Shown in pieces: positions 58,366-64,000 of a stretch of 64,000 bases of DNA. The first letter of the stretch is position 1. Each line of letters opens with the position of its first letter. The position numbers were made by a program, and so were the translations under genes. The DNA comes from an uncultured Candidatus Rokubacteria bacterium (GTDB lineage: Bacteria > Methylomirabilota > Methylomirabilia > Rokubacteriales > CSP1-6), in the NCBI GenBank assembly GCA_963754315.1, contig CAVWFS010000008.1:224001-288000 (forward strand), written 5' to 3'. The notes beneath the pieces are model-generated. The model ran no database searches and was not told where the DNA came from. It was given only the letters and a program-made list of their open reading frames with translations.

Positions 58366-59526
58366 ATGCCAATCACCAAGTTCTCCACCGTGTACGCGGG
58401 CCACATCGACCTCGGCGATATGGGCCAGGGTTCCACCCCGGCCAACGAGCGTCGCTACTCGAACGATCAGCTGATCTCGGTCTTCGAGAAGACCGAGGCG
58501 ATCGGCCGCTGCATGGACGAGCATGGCTACCACACCCTCTGGTTGGCCGAGCATCACTTCCAGCACGAGGGCTACGAGTGCCTCCCCAACATCCTCATGG
58601 TGGCGGTGCATCTGGCCCATCTGACGTCACGACTGCGCGTCGGATGCGGCTTCAACATCACCCCCATGTGGCATCCCCTGCGGCTGGCGGAGGACTTCGC
58701 GACAGCCGACATCCTCACCCAAGGTCGCACAGTCTTCGGTGTGGGCCGCGGCTACCATACCCGCGAGGTGGAGACCTTCGGGGCACCCATGCTCGACGCC
58801 GAGGCCAACCGCGATCTCTTCGAGGAGCAGGTCGACATCATCATGAAAGCCTTTGCCTCGGAGTCGTTCGCACATCGGGGCAAGCACTACACCTTGCCAC
58901 CGGCCGTTCCCTATCGCGGCTACGAGTTGAAGGAGATCACCCTGGTGCCGCGACCGGTCCGCCAACCGGTGGAGTGCTGGCAGCCCATCGTGAGTGCCGG
59001 TGCCCGCGGCCTCGATTTCATGATGAAGCACCGCATCAGGGGACTGATCGGTGGTGGTGCGGCCACCATGGCTGAGAAATCGATCCATGCCTTCCAGGAG
59101 GCGGCCGATCGTGCCGGCGTGAATCTGCGGCTCGGCGAGGGCCTGAGCCTCGGCATCTTCTATCACCTGGCGGAGTCGCGCGAGCGGGCTGTCCGCGAAA
59201 TTACCCCGTGGTACGAGGAGCACGTGAAGATGTTCGGGCCGCTTGGTTTTGTTCCGGGTATTACAGCGGCCCAGCTCGAAGCGTCCACGAAGCGCGGTGG
59301 CTGGGGGGCGGCCGGTGTCCCCACCGTGGAGGATTACATGAAGGTCGGCGCCTGGTTCGCAGGGCCGCCCGAAGCGCTGGTGGCCCACCTCCGGTCGCTC
59401 GAGCAGAAGTACCCTGGCCTCGAGTATGTCCACCTGAGCAACAGCATGGGCACCCCCAAGGCCATCATGCTGGAACAGCTCGCCTGGCTCGGCAAGGAGG
59501 TCATGCCCGAATTCGTGACGCGCTGA
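58366..59526 (+). CDS. LLM-class flavin-dependent oxidoreductase
   Basis: WLAEHHF, WHPLRLAED, GVGRGY, VPRP. Confidence 0.9.
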   Translation: MPITKFSTVYAGHIDLGDMGQGSTPANERRYSNDQLISVFEKTEAIGRCMDEHGYHTLWLAEHHFQHEGYECLPNILMVAVHLAHLTSRLRVGCGFNITPMWHPLRLAEDFATADILTQGRTVFGVGRGYHTREVETFGAPMLDAEANRDLFEEQVDIIMKAFASESFAHRGKHYTLPPAVPYRGYELKEITLVPRPVRQPVECWQPIVSAGARGLDFMMKHRIRGLIGGGAATMAEKSIHAFQEAADRAGVNLRLGEGLSLGIFYHLAESRERAVREITPWYEEHVKMFGPLGFVPGITAAQLEASTKRGGWGAAGVPTVEDYMKVGAWFAGPPEALVAHLRSLEQKYPGLEYVHLSNSMGTPKAIMLEQLAWLGKEVMPEFVTR

Positions 59527-59532
59527 GCGGCG

Positions 59533-60598
59533 TCACACGCCCTCGAACACCTCCACCCACTCCTCGAGCATTTCGGGGTGGCCGTAGCGTACAGTCAGCC
59601 CGACGTGGCTGAATCCCGCCCGCGCCAGCTCGCGGATCTGCTCGCGCAGCTCGTCCCGCCGCCCGGTGAAGGTGGTCGCGCGAATCAGCTCTGCCGTGCA
59701 GATCTCCTGCTCCTCGGGGCGCAGGAACATCAGGTGCCCGCGGTGGTTTTGCAAATAGCGGGCATCTGCCGGCTCGTACGCAAGATAGATCTGGCGATAG
59801 CGCTCGAGCAGCGGCGCGAGAGGCGGCGGCAGAGGCCGGCCGATATCGCCGAACTCCTCCCGCTCGACCAGGCTGTGCAGCGCGATGGTGGCGGTAGGCC
59901 CCGCCTGGGCCTTGGCGCGCGGACTGTCGGCCGGCTCGTGCTCCGCCAGGACGCAGCCAGAGATGGTCGCCGTCGCGTGGAGTTCTCCCACCGCGCGGCC
60001 GGCATCCCGCCAGGCAGCCTGCATGTCGGCGATGCCGGCCTGAGCGTGAGCGACGCCGGCCGTGGCGTGGATCCAGCCGGCGCCGAGCTTCGCGGCGAGC
60101 CGGCGCGCCCGTGGCCCGGTGGCGGCGACGTGAACGGGGATCGGATCGGTGATGTTCGTCGGCCCCGATCTCGGGATTGAGAAATCGGATCTTGCGCCGC
60201 TTGTCCTCGAAGGTCCACTCCAGCGTCTGGCCCGCGAGCAGCCCGCGCACGACACGGACGTATTCCTCCACGAGCGCCAGCTTGACGGGAGGCAGGCCCA
60301 TCGTCCGACGAGCCGTGAACCCTGTGGAGATCCCGAAGTCGATCCGTCCGGGCGCCAGCGCGTTCAGGCTGGCCAGACCGCTGGCGGCCACGGGGGCGAT
60401 GCGGTTGGATGGGATCAGCACCCCGGTGCCGAGGCGGATCGTCGACGTCCGCATGGCTGCCGCCGCCATGGCCACGAACAGCTCGGCGTTGAGGAGCTGC
60501 GTGTCGTAGAACCAGGCGCGGCGGTAGCCGAGCTCCTCCGCCCGCGCGACGATCTTCCAGGAATCCGCGGCCGGCGCCAGAAAAATTCCGAAGTCCAT
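59533..60598 (-). CDS. LLM-class oxidoreductase; +1 frameshift near 60160
   Basis: MDFGI...AEELG...WFYD...LGTGV.IP..R...APGRI.FG in frame 1; NITDPIPVHVAATGP... continues in frame 2 to TGA 59533. Confidence 0.87.
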
Positions 60599-60609
60599 GG
60601 AGGCTCCTC

Positions 60610-61856
60610 TCAGCGCACGTGTGCGCGTATGGATGTCTCCTCGAAGGTGCCGATTCGGCGCAGCTCCGGGAAGAGGGCCATCCACAGAGCGGCGACGACG
60701 ATCGTGCCAATCCCGCCGAGCAACACGGCGGGGACGGTGCCGGCGAGGGCGGCGACGACCCCAGACTCAAAGGCGCCCAGCTGGTTCGAGGTGCCGGTGA
60801 AGAGCGAGTGCACGGCGCTGACCCGGCCACGCATCTCGTCTGGGTGCGGATCTGCACGAGCGAGACACGGATGACCACGCTCACCACGTCCGCGGCTCCC
60901 AGGACGCAGAGGGCGGCCAGGGAGAGGACGAAGTTCGTGGAGAGGCCGAACACCACCGTGGCGGCGCCGAAGACCATGACCGCCCGGAAGAGAGCACGAC
61001 CGATCCGCCTCTCGAGCGGATAGCGGGCCAGGAAGACAGACATGACCAGGGCGCCGACGGCGGGCGCCGAGCGCAGGAGCCCGAGGCCAGTGGGGCCCGC
61101 GGCCAGGATGTCCCGCGCGTAGACGGGCAGGAGCGCGGTGGCGCCACCGAGGAGGACCGCGAACAGGTCGAGGGACATGGTGCCGAGCAGCACCGGCCGG
61201 CTTCGAATGAAGGCGATCCCCGAGAACACGGTCTCGGCGGTGATGGGCTCGCGTGCGCGCGGGGTGCCGCGGCTTCGGATCATGGCCGCGCAGATGGCGG
61301 CCAGGCAAGACAGCGCCCCTGCCGTGCCATAGGCGCTGGCCGGCGCGAGCGCGAACAGCAATCCGCCGAGCGCTGGTCCGACGATCTGCGCGGTCTGATT
61401 CGCGGAGACAACCCACGCCATGCCCCGCGCGATGAGCGGGCGCGGCACCACCCCGGGCACCAGGGCGGCCATGGCGGGGCTCTCGAAAGCGCGCGCGGTG
61501 CCGACGAGAGCGACCAGGGCCAGAATCGTCGTCTTGCTCTGCCAGTGTCCCAGGGTCGTGAGTGCGAGGGCTACCGCCGCGAGGGCTTCGACCGTCTGAC
61601 AGACGGCCGCGATGAGACGACGGTCGTAGCGATCTGCGACCTGTCCCACGACCAAGGTCAGCAAGATGATCGGCATGAACTGGACGAGGCCAACCAGGCC
61701 AAGGTCCAGGGGGCTGCCCGTGATGGCGTAGAGCTGCCAGCCCACCGCGACTCCCTGGATGTGAAACCCAACGTTCGCGAGAACCCGGGAGGACCACAGG
61801 AACGCGAAGGGCGGATGCCGCAGCAGCGCCGCCGCCGACCTTGGACCCGGGTCCAA
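60610..61856 (-). CDS. MFS transporter (MFS_3); -1 frameshift near 60842
   Basis: GQVADRYDRR, LDLFAVLLGG, QIRT(P)DEMRGRVSAV...SNQLGAFESG. Confidence 0.88.
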
Positions 61857-61865
61857 GCGGTCAGG

Positions 61866-63332
61866 CTACGACTGCGGCGACCCGGTCGCCAAGTCGCTCA
61901 GAAGCTGCGCAGTCGTGCGGACCCCCTGGAAGAGGTGGTCGAGTCGCAGATGCTCGTTCGGGCTGTGCTGGCGGTTGTTGGCGTTGGCGTACGGCACGAG
62001 CAGGGTCGGGAGCTTCAAGATGTCGGTGAACGCCCAGATTGGCACGCTGCCACCCAGGGTTGGCATCAGCACTGCGCGCTGGCCGCCGTGGGCCCGCTCG
62101 ATGGCCGCGATGATCTGGCGGCTGATCGGTAGATCGAGTGGTGTCTTTGCGGGGTCGTATCCGCCTTTGTCGACCACACGCACCGAGCGTCCACGCAGCT
62201 CATCGGGCAGCGGTGCATCGGGGGACTCGAGGACGGTGAAGCCCTGGGCACGGATGTGCTCGAGCAGGCGACGGTAGACCTTCTCCCACCGCTGGTTCTT
62301 CACCATCCGGATATCGATGGACACGGTGGCGCGGTGGGGGATGATCGTGTTGGCCTCGGCGCCCACGAAGCCACTGGAGAGTCCTCGAATGGTCAACGTC
62401 GGATGGAACATGATGCGCTCGAGGTAATCGGCGGGCAAGCGGACCCCCAGTTCCTTCTCGAGAGCGGGTAGATCCAGGGGAAGCTCCGCCATCATCCGCT
62501 GCTCGGCCGCCGTCGGCCCGACCGCGTCTTCTTCGAAGCCCTCGATGAGCGGGTCGCCGTCAGGGGTGGCCATGGAGGCGAGCAGACCGTTGAGCTTCCA
62601 GGCGGGATTGGGGACGGCGAAGTTTCCCGAGTGCAGGTCGCGCCGGGCTCCCTCGACGACCAGCTCGATCTTCATGACCCCGCGCGCGCCGCCGGTGATC
62701 GTCGGACGTCCGCTTGCGTGCTTGGGCCCGTCCGTCACGATGACCACGTCGGCGGCGAGCAGGTCGCGGTGTGCCTCGGTGAAGGGACCGAAGAACGGGC
62801 TGCCGATCTCCTCCTCGCCGTCGAAGATGAACTTCACGTTGACGGCGGGCGCGGGCCCCACTGCGTCGATCAGCTCCATCGCGGTGAGATGACTCCAGAT
62901 CGGCCCCTTGTCGTCCGATGCACCCCGCGCGTGAAGCAGGAGATCGCCCAGCCCGTCGTCAGTCACGTCGGCGAGCGGCACGGGGGCCGCCCCGGTCTCG
63001 GCGAGGCCCCGTCGAAGAACGGGCTCGAGCGGGTTCGGCTGGAGCCAGCCCTTGAGGACAATGGGCTTGGTGTCGTAGTGGCAGTAGAACAGCACGGTGC
63101 GCGTGGCGTCCGGTACCTTGCGCTCGCCGAACACGGCGGGGTTGCCGCCGGTCTCGAGCACGCGGCCCCCGAGGCCTCGCGCGCGCATCTGGGCCGCCAG
63201 CCATTCGCCGGTGGCGCGGACTTTGTCCGGCTCCTGGCTGACGGAGTTGAGGCGGAGGAAGTCGACGAAGCTCTCGACGATAGCGCGCCGGCGAGAGGCG
63301 AGCAGGCGGTCGAACGCGGTCCAGTCGGTCAT
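61866..63332 (-). CDS. M20 family metallopeptidase (DapE/ArgE/Dug1-like)
   Basis: YCHYD, ARGASDDKGP, DGEEEIGS, DLHSG, QHSPNE. Confidence 0.92.
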   Translation of the reverse strand: MTDWTAFDRLLASRRRAIVESFVDFLRLNSVSQEPDKVRATGEWLAAQMRARGLGGRVLETGGNPAVFGERKVPDATRTVLFYCHYDTKPIVLKGWLQPNPLEPVLRRGLAETGAAPVPLADVTDDGLGDLLLHARGASDDKGPIWSHLTAMELIDAVGPAPAVNVKFIFDGEEEIGSPFFGPFTEAHRDLLAADVVIVTDGPKHASGRPTITGGARGVMKIELVVEGARRDLHSGNFAVPNPAWKLNGLLASMATPDGDPLIEGFEEDAVGPTAAEQRMMAELPLDLPALEKELGVRLPADYLERIMFHPTLTIRGLSSGFVGAEANTIIPHRATVSIDIRMVKNQRWEKVYRRLLEHIRAQGFTVLESPDAPLPDELRGRSVRVVDKGGYDPAKTPLDLPISRQIIAAIERAHGGQRAVLMPTLGGSVPIWAFTDILKLPTLLVPYANANNRQHSPNEHLRLDHLFQGVRTTAQLLSDLATGSPQS

Positions 63333-63421
63333 GACGCGAAGATACCTCAGCGGTCGAACGTGCTGCCATGCGCCGCCCAGAATGAACCGCGGTCCGCGTC
63401 GCCGCCCGCTATACTTCGAGC

Positions 63422-63679
63422 ATGGCGACGGAGGAAGAGCTGCGACGGTGGGTCGGCAGGTATCGAGCGGCCGAGCAGCGGGAGCGTGAAGAGGCCCTCG
63501 CGATCGGGCCCAGACCCCAGACCGCCATCGTGGGAGCCCTGGCCCTCGTTGCTCTGGCGGGGCGCCTGCACGGTTGGCCCGTTGCCGCCGATGCCGTCGA
63601 TCGGCGCGAGGACGCCATCGTGCGCGCCAGATGGGACCGGCTCCGGGCAGTTCTCCTGCAGCGTGAACGAACGGGCTGA
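63422..63679 (+). CDS. Small hypothetical protein (candidate antitoxin/partner of downstream nucleotidyltransferase)
   Basis: 85 aa, TATACT-6nt-ATG, overlaps the next gene. Confidence 0.65.
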   Translation: MATEEELRRWVGRYRAAEQREREEALAIGPRPQTAIVGALALVALAGRLHGWPVAADAVDRREDAIVRARWDRLRAVLLQRERTG

Positions 63680-64000
63680 CCAGGCCCTCCTCGACGCCGC
63701 GCTCGGTGCGGCCGCGCCGTCGATGCTCCCTCGATGATCATCGGAGGCACGCGGTCATCGCGCGCGGGGTGACGCGGCAACGATGGACGTCGACGACACC
63801 GTCTGGGGACTCGCTGACCTGAGACCTTGGCCGAGGCTCTGGCGCGGCATCATCTGGTGCCCCGAATCGCCGACGCGATCGAATTCGCGCGACAGCACCA
63901 GATCCTTCTGCTCGAACACAGGGCTTCGGGAACCCCGGTGGACGTCCGGACTAGCCTGGCTACCGTTCGAACGCCAGGCCTTGGAGCGGGCAACCATTGT
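63663..64000 (+). pseudogene. Nucleotidyltransferase-family gene (GGxAV...RxTxDxD), multiply frameshifted, runs off window
   Basis: Fragments in alternating frames: SMIIGG / AVIARGVTR / TMDVD.TVWG / RIADAIEFAR / QHQILLLEH / SGTPVDV / LAWLPFERQALERAT; breaks may be sequencing errors. Confidence 0.7.

Noticed and set aside
2220..60850. Programmed ribosomal frameshifting
   Set aside because: No shared slippery heptamer or stimulatory structure, and these families are not known to be recoded; sequencing error is the simpler explanation.
59730..61856. 708-aa MFS fusion
   Set aside because: Artefact of the frameshift at ~60842; the MFS ends at 60610.

Overview
High-GC bacterial chromosomal window with about 60 genes. 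It is dominated by catabolic and transport paralogs: 6 luciferase-like (LLM) oxidoreductases, 3 amidohydrolases, 3 MetE-C-terminal-like Zn enzymes, 2 amidases, 3 MFS transporters, a peptide-type ABC system and a three-subunit molybdenum hydroxylase. Housekeeping genes include thiD, tatC, a DEAD-box helicase, argR/argD, AlaX and CinA. Gene content and repeat style resemble Candidatus Rokubacteria (Methylomirabilota); this is my inference and was not searched. I recognised no tRNA, rRNA, CRISPR array, transposase or phage gene. At least 8 otherwise intact genes carry single-base frameshifts, most likely long-read consensus errors. The most notable signals are: (1) a dispersed family of ~73-88 bp two-hairpin palindromic repeats in four intergenic clusters, with stem covariation; (2) repeated leaderless -10/ATG architecture, including a 30-aa leaderless uORF coupled to a DMT transporter; (3) an argR-GNAT-argD operon with an ARG-box-like site; (4) several deletion-derived gene remnants; (5) two small two-gene modules (a DUF5674-like pair and a small protein plus nucleotidyltransferase); (6) catalytic-motif variants in AlaX, CinA and the Mo-hydroxylase. 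No complete novel system is proven by sequence alone.
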